64,000 nt of DNA from an uncultured Fibrobacterota bacterium (lineage in GTDB: Bacteria > Fibrobacterota > Chitinivibrionia > Chitinivibrionales > FEN-1185): assembly GCA_963729895.1 (NCBI GenBank), contig CAVSQB010000011.1:32001-96000 (forward strand), given 5' to 3'. Below, one piece after another: positions 10,368-19,049 of this stretch. The translations under genes were made by a program, and so were the position numbers. The notes beneath the pieces are model-generated. The model made no database searches, was not told the DNA's origin, and was given only the letters and a program-made list of their open reading frames with translations. Each line of letters begins with the position of its first letter. Positions within the stretch are counted from its first letter, which is position 1.

Positions 10368-11729
10368 ATGGGGGAGTTCGTGCGGTTTGCATCTATTGCC
10401 ACGTCTCTGGCGGTGGCGCTCCTTTGTGTAACGGTCCGAGGCGCAAAGACCGACTCTGCATCCGTCCCCTTGTTCCGCCTGGACCTCACCCTTGCCGACG
10501 TTCCCGCTAATTCGGGCAGCAGTGCGTATTGGCCCACAATGGCCCAGTCCAAATCTCTTGCCCTGTCGTTTAGCGAGGCCACCGGCGTCTGCATGCAACT
10601 GGCCACCCAGGGAATCCGAAGCCCCTTAGCCCGGCTGGGCGCGGTCACCGGGTTGGAACTGGGCAGGATTTTCCTCGATAATTACCTTCCGTTCGGCGTC
10701 ACGTGGATGCACGAGGAATTCCACCGCGCCGTGCTTTCCAACAGGGAAATTTCTTCCTATGACGGTATATACGATTTCAACCCGGACATTACGCAACTCA
10801 ACGTGTACCATGTTTCCGACGAGGCCCTGAAAAACCTCAAGGCGGAACATCCGGAGGAATTGGTGCGCTGTGAAGCAGCCGGGTACGAAGCCCAGGTAGA
10901 TCTTGCCGAGGCGCTGTTGCAGGATGGGATGATGCACGGCTCGCCCTTCATCGAACCGTCCGCACTCTATTCGTTGTTCTCGATGTCGTTTTACATGTGG
11001 TTCAACACCACGTCCGAGGCCGATGAGGAAACCCGCGAATTCAACGCGAAAGAAACCACAATTGACCAGCGCGATATTGTGGGGTGGGATTTTTCGGCAT
11101 GGACCTACGACCTGCACCGCCCAGACGAACCCTATGCGGCGCGCGGTGTTCATCCGGGCGGCGTCGGCATCAACCGGTACATTCTCTGGTCGCAGTTGAC
11201 TTCCGCAGAACAAAGCTACCTGAGGCTCCAGGCGGCGTTATCGTTAGCCAACTTTGTAAGGCCGCAACTCTACGGTGCCGCGCCGTGGCACGCCGGCCTG
11301 TTCGGCGAGGACGTGGAATTTACTGCCGGCCTCAGGCACTATCTTACGCCGTTCGGCTACGAGATTGGGGCAATCACCGTCATGAGAAAACAGGATGCCG
11401 GTCTTGTCGCTTCAGTCAACGTTTACGGCAACGGTCACCTGGCGCTGCCCGGGATCGACTGTACGCTTCTGAACCTTCCCCTTGGCGGTCCAGCCTCCTT
11501 CCTGTCCTGGTCGCCGAGGCTTGCACTCTGGCTGCAGCCCAAGGGCCAGCGGTTGGACAGCGAGGCGGCGCAGGCGGGCATGCTCGCCTCGGAGCGGCTG
11601 GATGTGTGGCTGTCAAGCGCTTCGAGCGCGTACGCGGAGATTGAGGCAAAATCGGGCGGCTGGGTCGCGGGAACGGTGTCGCTGGGGCCGGCGCTTGCAC
11701 TACGGGTGGGAAGCGTGCTTGCGTTTTAA
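10368..11729 (+). CDS. Hypothetical exported/outer-membrane protein with HExxH motif
   Basis: Signal peptide, WMHEEFHRAVL, beta-strand-rich C-terminus ending in Phe. Confidence 0.7.
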   Translation: MGEFVRFASIATSLAVALLCVTVRGAKTDSASVPLFRLDLTLADVPANSGSSAYWPTMAQSKSLALSFSEATGVCMQLATQGIRSPLARLGAVTGLELGRIFLDNYLPFGVTWMHEEFHRAVLSNREISSYDGIYDFNPDITQLNVYHVSDEALKNLKAEHPEELVRCEAAGYEAQVDLAEALLQDGMMHGSPFIEPSALYSLFSMSFYMWFNTTSEADEETREFNAKETTIDQRDIVGWDFSAWTYDLHRPDEPYAARGVHPGGVGINRYILWSQLTSAEQSYLRLQAALSLANFVRPQLYGAAPWHAGLFGEDVEFTAGLRHYLTPFGYEIGAITVMRKQDAGLVASVNVYGNGHLALPGIDCTLLNLPLGGPASFLSWSPRLALWLQPKGQRLDSEAAQAGMLASERLDVWLSSASSAYAEIEAKSGGWVAGTVSLGPALALRVGSVLAF

Positions 11730-11860
11730 GTTGAGGCACGCACAACATCCAATTTGGTTTAAACACGCGCAAAAAGCAAATACGGGCGAAAAGGATTTAG
11801 GGGGCGAGTAGCCAGTGGTGAAGCAATAATGGAATTCTTAGATGTCCTCTCAAAGAAGGT

Positions 11861-11936
11861 TGGTGAGCCGCCAAGGATTCGAACCCCGATCTCCGACAGA
11901 AAGAATGTCGTGCTTTGCCACTTAAGCTAGCAGCTC
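11861..11936 (-). tRNA. Atypical tRNA, anticodon CUU (Lys-like), U37/C38, encoded CCA
   Basis: GAGCTGC TA GCTT AAGTGGCA AAGC A CGACA TTCTTTC TGTCG GAGAT CGGGG TTCGAAT CCTTG GCGGCTC A CCA; 76-nt cloverleaf with U8, A14, G18G19, A15-U48 and TTCGA intact. Confidence 0.88.
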
Positions 11937-12041
11937 AAAGACCATGAAATATACGACGCTACGCGGTGCTCGGGCCATTATATTATTTTAATGCGATTGT
12001 ATCATAAGGGATTTTCGCGGCAATAAGGAATTTCACACTGC

Positions 12042-13007
12042 ATGACCGTTCCAGATTTCGCCTTTCGGCTTGCCCAAATCAAGAAATTCGGCACCAACTC
12101 GTTTTCGACGCTTCTGTTGTACGACGATGTGACCTCGTACACGCTGAAGTCAACCGAGGGGTTTGTCGGTTACAGGGGCGCGGGCAAAATGCTCGTGGTA
12201 TTCGGCGAGCCGATTTGCGACCCGAAGAAGTATCGCGATGCGGTGACGGAGTTCAACGCATTCTGCAAGGAACATGGAAAACAGTTTATCTGCATCTGCT
12301 GCGGAGAAGAGTTCAAGAACGCGGTTGAAGACATGGACTTCAGTTCCGTCCGCATCGGCGAGGATTTCATTTTTGAAACGGCCCTGTATGCACCGAAGGG
12401 CGACAAGGGGAAAATGGTGCGGCTCGCTAGAAACCACGCCTTGCGGATAGGCGCAGTTGTCAAGGAATACGACCACAGCAGAGGGCCGGATCCCGCATTG
12501 GAAAAAGTTTTCGGCGAAATATCGATGCGCTGGCTTCGAAAAACAAACCGGTTCAAGGCGCATATCCTGGGTCTCAACCTGTTCGATCACCGGGAGCTCA
12601 AGCGGTATTTCTACGCCGAGGTGGGCGGAACACCCGTTGCGTTCATTGCCTGCCTTCCCATTTTCGGCAGGGACGGCTATCTTCTGGAAGATGCGATCCG
12701 CAATCCGGATGCGCCGTACGGCGTGATAGAGCTGATCACGCTCGCCATCATCGACGAAATGAAGAAGCATGGCGTCAAGATGGTCACTTTCGGAATTTCT
12801 CCAAAGCTCGACGTAAGTACGCTGTCCGGGCCTTCCCGCTTTGTCGCCAACGTGGGAATGTGGCTTGCAAACAAGGCCTTCAACCTTCACAACCTGTATC
12901 ATTTCCGGAAGAAGTTCCACACCGCTGCCGCGGAACCGTCGTATCTGCTCAAGTATCCCCGGGGCCTGGGTCTGATTGATCTTGCGAGAATTCTTACTTC
13001 GTTCTGA
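12042..13007 (+). CDS. Stand-alone DUF2156 / MprF C-terminal (aminoacyl-phosphatidylglycerol synthase-like) tRNA-dependent transferase domain
   Basis: GFVGYR...LVVFGEPIC, RIGEDFIF, VRLARNHA, RNPDAPYGVIELI, TFGISP, LYHFRKKF...EPSYL; no flippase membrane domain. Confidence 0.85.
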   Translation: MTVPDFAFRLAQIKKFGTNSFSTLLLYDDVTSYTLKSTEGFVGYRGAGKMLVVFGEPICDPKKYRDAVTEFNAFCKEHGKQFICICCGEEFKNAVEDMDFSSVRIGEDFIFETALYAPKGDKGKMVRLARNHALRIGAVVKEYDHSRGPDPALEKVFGEISMRWLRKTNRFKAHILGLNLFDHRELKRYFYAEVGGTPVAFIACLPIFGRDGYLLEDAIRNPDAPYGVIELITLAIIDEMKKHGVKMVTFGISPKLDVSTLSGPSRFVANVGMWLANKAFNLHNLYHFRKKFHTAAAEPSYLLKYPRGLGLIDLARILTSF

Positions 13008-13202
13008 CAAGAAGAGTCCGGGTTGGGCCGATTCATCCTTCCCGCTACCCGCGGCAATTGCTCCGGAGCCAAAGCGAGAACCATGTACTTCCGGGGATCG
13101 TTAATTGTACAATGAAGACAAACAGGGTTTTGTATCTTTGGCGGGCACAAAAACGTGAACGGCTGCTCTTTTCGTTTTCCCGGGCAAAGGAGGTCCGATC
13201 AC

Positions 13203-14717
13203 ATGAACGCAAAGATTTGCAATTTCCGTCTTGGTAGTTCAGCAGTTCTTCTTCTGGCCGCATTTCTTGTTTCCGGCGCCCAACCCGTTTCCGTTTCCGG
13301 CACCGTCACCAACCCCGATCTCATGCCTGTCCGCGGCGCGCTGGTCGCGCTTGACAAAGCCGGGCTGTCGGCAACAACCGACGCGAGCGGCGCGTTTTCG
13401 ATTGCGGGAAATGCGGGTGTGGTGTCGGCAGTGTCACAGGCCGGTGTCAATTCAATATCAATGAGTGGAAACCTTGTTAGATTCTCATTATCGAAAGATG
13501 AACGGATCTCTCTTTCGGTTTTCAACTGCAAGGGAGAGGCAACAAGATCCGTTTCCGAGAAGGTATATACATCCGGGAGTCATTCGATTGAGATGGGGAA
13601 GTATGATGCCGCTGGATTGAAAATTGTCCGAATGGACATCGGCTCGTTTTCATACACTTTCAGAGTTATTGATATTCAGGGAAATACGGCCCAATCATTC
13701 ATCAATAAACAAAATCAGAATGTGCCCTTGTCAAAAACGTCTGCCGGCGTTGATTCTCTGAAGGTAACAGCTGCACGCTACAACCAGCTTATGCAAGGCC
13801 TCGGCTCCTACACCCAGTCGAACCTGAAGCTCGTGATCACGTCGTCCATCGACACCGGCATCGGCGCGAGCCTGCACGGCTGCCGGCCGTTTCCCGACGA
13901 CAATCCGTGGAACACGCCGGTCGACAAGGACTCGGTGGACCCGCTGTCCGACAAGATTATCGCGGGCATAGGGCTCAACGTGCCGTTGCACCCGGACTTC
14001 TGCGGCCAGTGGAACGGCGGGGTGTGCGGCATCCCGTATGTGGTGGTGACCTCCAAGACGCCCAAAGTCAGCGTGACCTTCGACTACGCCGACGAAAGCG
14101 ATCCCGGCCCGTATCCGATTCCGGCTGATGCACCCATCGAGGGCGGGCCCGCCTCAACGGGCGACCGGCACATTCTTATGCTTGACAGAGACAACTGGAT
14201 CCTGTACGAGCTGTACGCGGCGTATCCGCCCGGAACGGGCTGGACCGCAGGCTCGGGCGCGATCTTCAATCTGGATTCCGACTCTCTGCGGCCGGCAGGC
14301 TGGACGTCCGCCGACGCTGCCGGGCTGCCTATCTTTCCCGGCCTGGTGCGCTACGATGAAGTGGTCGAACAGAAACAAATTCTGCATGCGGTCCGGTTCA
14401 CGGTTGTCAACTCGCGGAACGCCTATATTCCTCCGGCAACGCATTACGCAAGCAGCAAGACCGCAGACACGCTCCCGCCCATGGGCATGCGCGTGCGGCT
14501 CAAGGCGAGCGTCGATATTTCGGGCTATTCCGCGAACATGCAGGTGATCCTCACGGCGCTCAAGACCTACGGCATGATCGTGGCCGACAACGGCTCCAAC
14601 TGGTATGTATCCGGCGCGCCGGACTCAAGGTTGAACGACGACGAATTGAATACCCTCAAGCAGATAACGGGAAGTGATTTTGAGGTTGTCAAGATGAGGG
14701 GAATTGTGACGCAATAA
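13203..14717 (+). CDS. Secreted protein: N-terminal beta-sandwich with internal sorting-domain-like insert, plus conserved C-terminal domain of unknown function
   Basis: Signal peptide; PFPDDNPWN, ESDPGPYPIP, GDRH, WTSADAAGLPIFPGLVRYDE, ADNGSNW. Confidence 0.8.
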   Translation: MNAKICNFRLGSSAVLLLAAFLVSGAQPVSVSGTVTNPDLMPVRGALVALDKAGLSATTDASGAFSIAGNAGVVSAVSQAGVNSISMSGNLVRFSLSKDERISLSVFNCKGEATRSVSEKVYTSGSHSIEMGKYDAAGLKIVRMDIGSFSYTFRVIDIQGNTAQSFINKQNQNVPLSKTSAGVDSLKVTAARYNQLMQGLGSYTQSNLKLVITSSIDTGIGASLHGCRPFPDDNPWNTPVDKDSVDPLSDKIIAGIGLNVPLHPDFCGQWNGGVCGIPYVVVTSKTPKVSVTFDYADESDPGPYPIPADAPIEGGPASTGDRHILMLDRDNWILYELYAAYPPGTGWTAGSGAIFNLDSDSLRPAGWTSADAAGLPIFPGLVRYDEVVEQKQILHAVRFTVVNSRNAYIPPATHYASSKTADTLPPMGMRVRLKASVDISGYSANMQVILTALKTYGMIVADNGSNWYVSGAPDSRLNDDELNTLKQITGSDFEVVKMRGIVTQ

Positions 14718-14755
14718 GTTGGGGTCAGGGAAATTGTAACGAAGATTGAGCGTTT

Positions 14756-14872
14756 CCCTCGCTTCGGGCTCGGCCGTTGGGCCTTCGTTGCCGGACCGCC
14801 CTGATGCCTTTCGGCAGGGTCGGCCGGCAATGCGCTACAGCGCACCCTGCGGTCCTGCCTAACGCGAAAGAC
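14756..14872 (+). repeat. Structured repeat family B copy 1
   Basis: TTCGGGCTCGGCCG...CGTTGCCGGACCGCCC...GGGTCGGCCGGCAATGCGC...GCGCACCCTGCGGTCCTGCC; homologous to 23494 and 30654. Confidence 0.75.
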
Positions 14873-15005
14873 AATGAATAGAAACCCAACAATTTCAGTC
14901 TGTCGGATGAGAGAAAGACAATTGCAGAAGAAGACAACACTTCGAGCGCACCGAAGCAATCTACGGTTATATTGCGGAAAATAAGTGTTTCACGAAAGGA
15001 TAGCC

Positions 15006-16472
15006 ATGAAGGAATCGCTGTGTTTGACTGTAGTTTTCTGCGTTGCGATTGTCTTTTTACCTGTAAACGCCCGGATGCGGTCTGTCGACGGTTCCGCCGG
15101 CAATGACACCTACACCGGCACCACACTTGCCCCCTGGAAAACTCTTCAGCACGCTGCCGACAATATCGGTCCCGGTGATACGGTGATTGTGGAGCCGGGC
15201 ATGTACGCAGGGTTTGAAATGGGATGGGACAATCCTGAAAACGGCACCGCCGCATCGCCGATCGTGTTTCTTGCCCAGCCGGGCGCCGTCATAAACAGCC
15301 GCAACGCCAAGACCGCGGACGGCATCGATCTCGAAGGAGCGAGTTACATCGTGGTTGACGGGTTTACCGTCAAGAATGCCGGCGCCATTTCGCGCGCGGG
15401 CATTCGCGCCGTCACCGACACCGGCGTTGTCATCCGCAACAACACCATCGACAGCTGCGGCACATGGGGAATTCTCACCGGGTTCAGCCAGAACATTCTC
15501 ATCGAGAACAACGTCACGTCGCGCGCTGTTGTCCAGCACGGGATTTACTTCGGCAACAGCGCGGACAACCCGGTCATTCGCGGCAACAGGGTCTTTTCGA
15601 ACAATGCCAACGGCATCCACATGAACGGCGACGTGTCCCAGGGCGGGGACGGTATCATTTCCAACGCGCTTGTGGAGAACAACATCATTTACAACAACGG
15701 GCTCGCGGGCGGATCGGGTATCAACTGCGACGGCGTGAAGAACTCCCGGTTCCAGAACAACCTTCTGTACAACAACCATGCAAGCGGGATTTCTCTGTAC
15801 CAGACCGACGCAAGCGGGCCGTCGGTGAACGACACCGTGGTGAACAATACCATCCTCGAGGCTTCCGACGCACGCTGGTGCATCAACATCAAGAGCGGCT
15901 CCACCGGAACCATCCTGCAAAACAATATTCTTTACAATTATCATTCATGGCACGGCAGCATCGACCTGGATTCGGCGAGCCTGCCGGGGCTTGCGAGCGA
16001 TTACAACATCGTGATGGACAGGCTCACGCCGGACGACAACACGGTGATGACGCTTGCCGTGTGGAGCGCGTCCACGGGCCAGGACACGCATTCGCTCGTT
16101 GCCGTGCCGACGCAGCTTTTCGTGAACACGACCGCCAACGATTACCATCTGTTTGATACATGCGTTGCGGTCGACAGGGGAACGTCGAAGGACGCCCCGG
16201 CGACCGACATCGAAGGAACGCCCAGGCCGCAGGGGAAAGGCTGGGACATCGGTGCATACGAGGCTGTGACCGGGACAGGGCAGGTTGTCAACCGGATAGT
16301 TCCACATACTTTTCTTGGCGGGCCTGTGGGATTGAGCATTGTTGATTTGAGGGGAAGAATTGTTGCCGCAGGTTGCGGTGAAAGGGTTGGAGAATTGCCT
16401 TTTACCTCGGGGTATTATGTTGAACGGTTCAACGCATCCGTTGCAAACAGGGGAATACGGGTTGTGAGGTGA
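15006..16472 (+). CDS. Secreted right-handed parallel beta-helix protein (pectate-lyase-like fold) with C-terminal sorting-domain-like tail
   Basis: GNDTYTGTTLAPWKTLQHAA, repeated IENN/IRGN turns, DIEGTPRPQGKGWDIGAYE, IVDLRGRIV. Confidence 0.85.
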   Translation: MKESLCLTVVFCVAIVFLPVNARMRSVDGSAGNDTYTGTTLAPWKTLQHAADNIGPGDTVIVEPGMYAGFEMGWDNPENGTAASPIVFLAQPGAVINSRNAKTADGIDLEGASYIVVDGFTVKNAGAISRAGIRAVTDTGVVIRNNTIDSCGTWGILTGFSQNILIENNVTSRAVVQHGIYFGNSADNPVIRGNRVFSNNANGIHMNGDVSQGGDGIISNALVENNIIYNNGLAGGSGINCDGVKNSRFQNNLLYNNHASGISLYQTDASGPSVNDTVVNNTILEASDARWCINIKSGSTGTILQNNILYNYHSWHGSIDLDSASLPGLASDYNIVMDRLTPDDNTVMTLAVWSASTGQDTHSLVAVPTQLFVNTTANDYHLFDTCVAVDRGTSKDAPATDIEGTPRPQGKGWDIGAYEAVTGTGQVVNRIVPHTFLGGPVGLSIVDLRGRIVAAGCGERVGELPFTSGYYVERFNASVANRGIRVVR

Positions 16473-16832
16473 GGATGGTGGCGTCGATAAGCTGCAGACG
16501 GCATGCCTGGAAAGGAGAATAAGCGGACAGAATTTGAGAACAAGATCATTCAAGAGCTGGAATCTCGTAGGGAAATGCCTGCTATGGCCCCCAAAAAAAC
16601 TCTTGCCGCCGGCGCCGCCCAAAATCAGCCCGTGAACAAACAAGCTTTCGCATGCCACTGGACCCCGGCCCGTGCCCGTAAATATTTTCAACATATTAGA
16701 AATGAACCCTAAAGCAAGTGGGGCATTGGAATACTCCGGGCCATTTTCCAAAGTCGACCAAAGCGGGGCATATCCAACTTTTCCCCAAACTTTTGGCACG
16801 GCAAATCCGAACCTCATAAAAGGAAGTCAACC

Positions 16833-17801
16833 ATGCATTACAGATCCTTCGGACGAACCGGGTGGCAGGTAAGCGAAATAGGCTATGGCATGTGGGGGCT
16901 TGCAGGCTGGACTGGGTCAAACGATCTTGAGTCCGAAGCGTCGCTCGATTCTGCAGCGGAGCGCGGATGCAATTTCTTCGACACTGCCTGGGGCTACGGC
17001 GAAGGAAAAAGCGAACAGATCCTCGGCAGGCTTGTAAAGCGCCAGGCCGGAAAGAAAATTTACGTTGCCACGAAAATCCCGCCGAAGAATTTCAAGTGGC
17101 CGTCCAAGCGGGGCTACACGCTCGACGACTGCTTCCCGCCCGACCACATCGCCGCCTACACGGGCAAAAGCCTGCGGAACCTCGACGCGGCCATCGACCT
17201 CCTGCAGTTTCATGTGTGGGAAGACTCGTGGGCCAACGATTCGCGGTGGCAGGAAGCCGTCGCGAAGCTCAAACGGCAGGGAAAGGTTCATGCGATCGGC
17301 GTGAGCGTCAACCGCTGGGAACCGGAGAATTGCCTCAAAACCCTTGAAACCGGCCTGATCGACTCGGTGCAGGTCATCTACAATATTTTCGACCAGTCGC
17401 CGGAGGACAGGCTTTTTCCCTTTTGCAAAGAACACGGGATCGCCGTGATTGCGCGTGTGCCGTTCGACGAAGGGACCCTCAGCGGCGCCGTGACTGCCGG
17501 CACGAAGTTCCCGGCAGACGATTGGCGGGGCACCTATTTTGTCCCTGAAAACCTCGCTGCCAGCGTTGAGCGCGTGGAACGGCTCAAGGAAATCCTGCCG
17601 CAGGGCGTGCCGCTTCCCCAGATGGCGCTCCGGTTTATTCTGAGTAATCCCATTGTGTCAACCACAATTCCCGGAATGAGAAAATTGGTCCACGTGGAAT
17701 CCAACACGTCGGCAAGCGACGCTGGCCCGCTCACCGCGGCACTGCTCGATGAGTTGAAAAAACACCGCTGGGACAGGCAGCCTACCGCCTGGTCGCAATA
17801 G
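16833..17801 (+). CDS. Aldo/keto reductase
   Basis: GRTGWQVSEIGYG, FFDTAWGYG.G.SE, ATK, IDLLQFH, IGVS, QVIYN, IPGMR. Confidence 0.93.
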   Translation: MHYRSFGRTGWQVSEIGYGMWGLAGWTGSNDLESEASLDSAAERGCNFFDTAWGYGEGKSEQILGRLVKRQAGKKIYVATKIPPKNFKWPSKRGYTLDDCFPPDHIAAYTGKSLRNLDAAIDLLQFHVWEDSWANDSRWQEAVAKLKRQGKVHAIGVSVNRWEPENCLKTLETGLIDSVQVIYNIFDQSPEDRLFPFCKEHGIAVIARVPFDEGTLSGAVTAGTKFPADDWRGTYFVPENLAASVERVERLKEILPQGVPLPQMALRFILSNPIVSTTIPGMRKLVHVESNTSASDAGPLTAALLDELKKHRWDRQPTAWSQ

Positions 17802-18285
17802 GTGTTGAAGGCGGGCGCTCGTCCGACCAGGCAATTCTCGACCCTTTTTTCCAGTTTTCAAACGGGTTGAAATGCCGGAATTTTTCGATGAGATAGTGCG
17901 AACGGGCCGCGCCGGCGAGGGCGATGCAAATTCCGAAGATCCCCAGAAAAAGCAGCAGCCTGCCTCTGAGGACCGCTCGTTTCCCCGTGATGACCTTTGT
18001 ATCGTGGATGACCTTCTGGCCCGGGTAGGGCATACGTTGAGAGGATATTATTCTTCTGCCTATGACGATAAGGTAGCACGCCGGTCCCACGAACACGAAC
18101 ATGGCGCACATGATGACGATTTCCGAGACATTCATCAATGCAGGGAATGTCAGGTGGTCCATGTAGGCGCGAAAAGGGCGCACTCCCAGACTGATGGCAA
18201 GGAAAATCACAACAATACAAATTGCATAGGCCGCAAAGAGCCGTGTCCTGTACTGCTTGTCCGTTTTGATGACCTCAAGTTCCAT
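17782..18285 (-). CDS. Hypothetical membrane protein (about 3 TM segments)
   Basis: Three hydrophobic stretches; AAGGAG RBS. Confidence 0.7.
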   Translation of the reverse strand: MELEVIKTDKQYRTRLFAAYAICIVVIFLAISLGVRPFRAYMDHLTFPALMNVSEIVIMCAMFVFVGPACYLIVIGRRIISSQRMPYPGQKVIHDTKVITGKRAVLRGRLLLFLGIFGICIALAGAARSHYLIEKFRHFNPFENWKKGSRIAWSDERPPSTPIATRR

Positions 18286-18519
18286 AGCTCCTTACCTTTC
18301 CCAAAGGTGTGCCGGTCAGGAAAAATCGGGCCCGCTACGGGGCATACAAAACATAATCGATGCAAAAGGTGTCGTTGTCAAGAGATTTGAACCGGACGGT
18401 GTGCGGCGCGGCTTGCTCATGCAGGTAGATCCCGGTTGAGTTCCATCATCCTGCCTTCCATCCGTTCAGAAAGAAACCGGAAATCGTAACAAAATGCGAC
18501 TCGAACGTGGGTGGGTGCG

Positions 18520-19008
18520 CTAGGCAGTGGAAACGGAACTGTCCTTCCTGCGCGGTCTTCTCACTATGGCCCGCAACAGATACGCGACTACGGCGCAGTT
18601 CACCATAAGGATCACCGCCTTTGTACCGGTGGCGTGCCTTACCATCTCGAATATCTCCAAAGGAATAAACAACCCCGTTTCGAACACAGTCATGTATTCG
18701 GCCCACCGTTGCGCCAGGAGCAGGCCGGCTCCTTCCACAAACAGCAGGCCGGCAAACCCGAAGGTGACTGCGCTTATCTCCTCGAGCATGCGGTTGTCAA
18801 CCAGGTTGAGGCTCGCGAGCATGCTCTGGACAAAACGGTTTTCGAGGTCGATGTGGAGCCGCGTGATCCAAAAGGAAAAGAGCTCGCCAACGTCCTTGTC
18901 GAGCAGGTGAAGTGCGCCGATGGCGAGTACAACGAGCAAGCCCCCTTTTGTCAGTTTGAAAAGGGCGATAAGAATGATTCCTGGAGGAGGGCGGGAGAAC
19001 TTCGGCAT
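18520..19008 (-). CDS. DUF2127 family membrane protein
   Basis: IALFKLTKG, EGAGLLLAQRWAEY, FIPLEIFE, VNCAVVAYL. Confidence 0.85.
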   Translation of the reverse strand: MPKFSRPPPGIILIALFKLTKGGLLVVLAIGALHLLDKDVGELFSFWITRLHIDLENRFVQSMLASLNLVDNRMLEEISAVTFGFAGLLFVEGAGLLLAQRWAEYMTVFETGLFIPLEIFEMVRHATGTKAVILMVNCAVVAYLLRAIVRRPRRKDSSVSTA

Positions 19009-19049
19009 GCGGCTCACGTTGGATGTTCACACCGTTCTTTGGAAATGGT

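Noticed and set aside
11861..11936. Reading the atypical tRNA as a suppressor, Sec/Pyl tRNA or att-site fragment
   Set aside because: The anticodon is CUU, not CUA or UCA, and there is no long variable arm. The gene is full length rather than a 3' fragment, and no integrase is adjacent.
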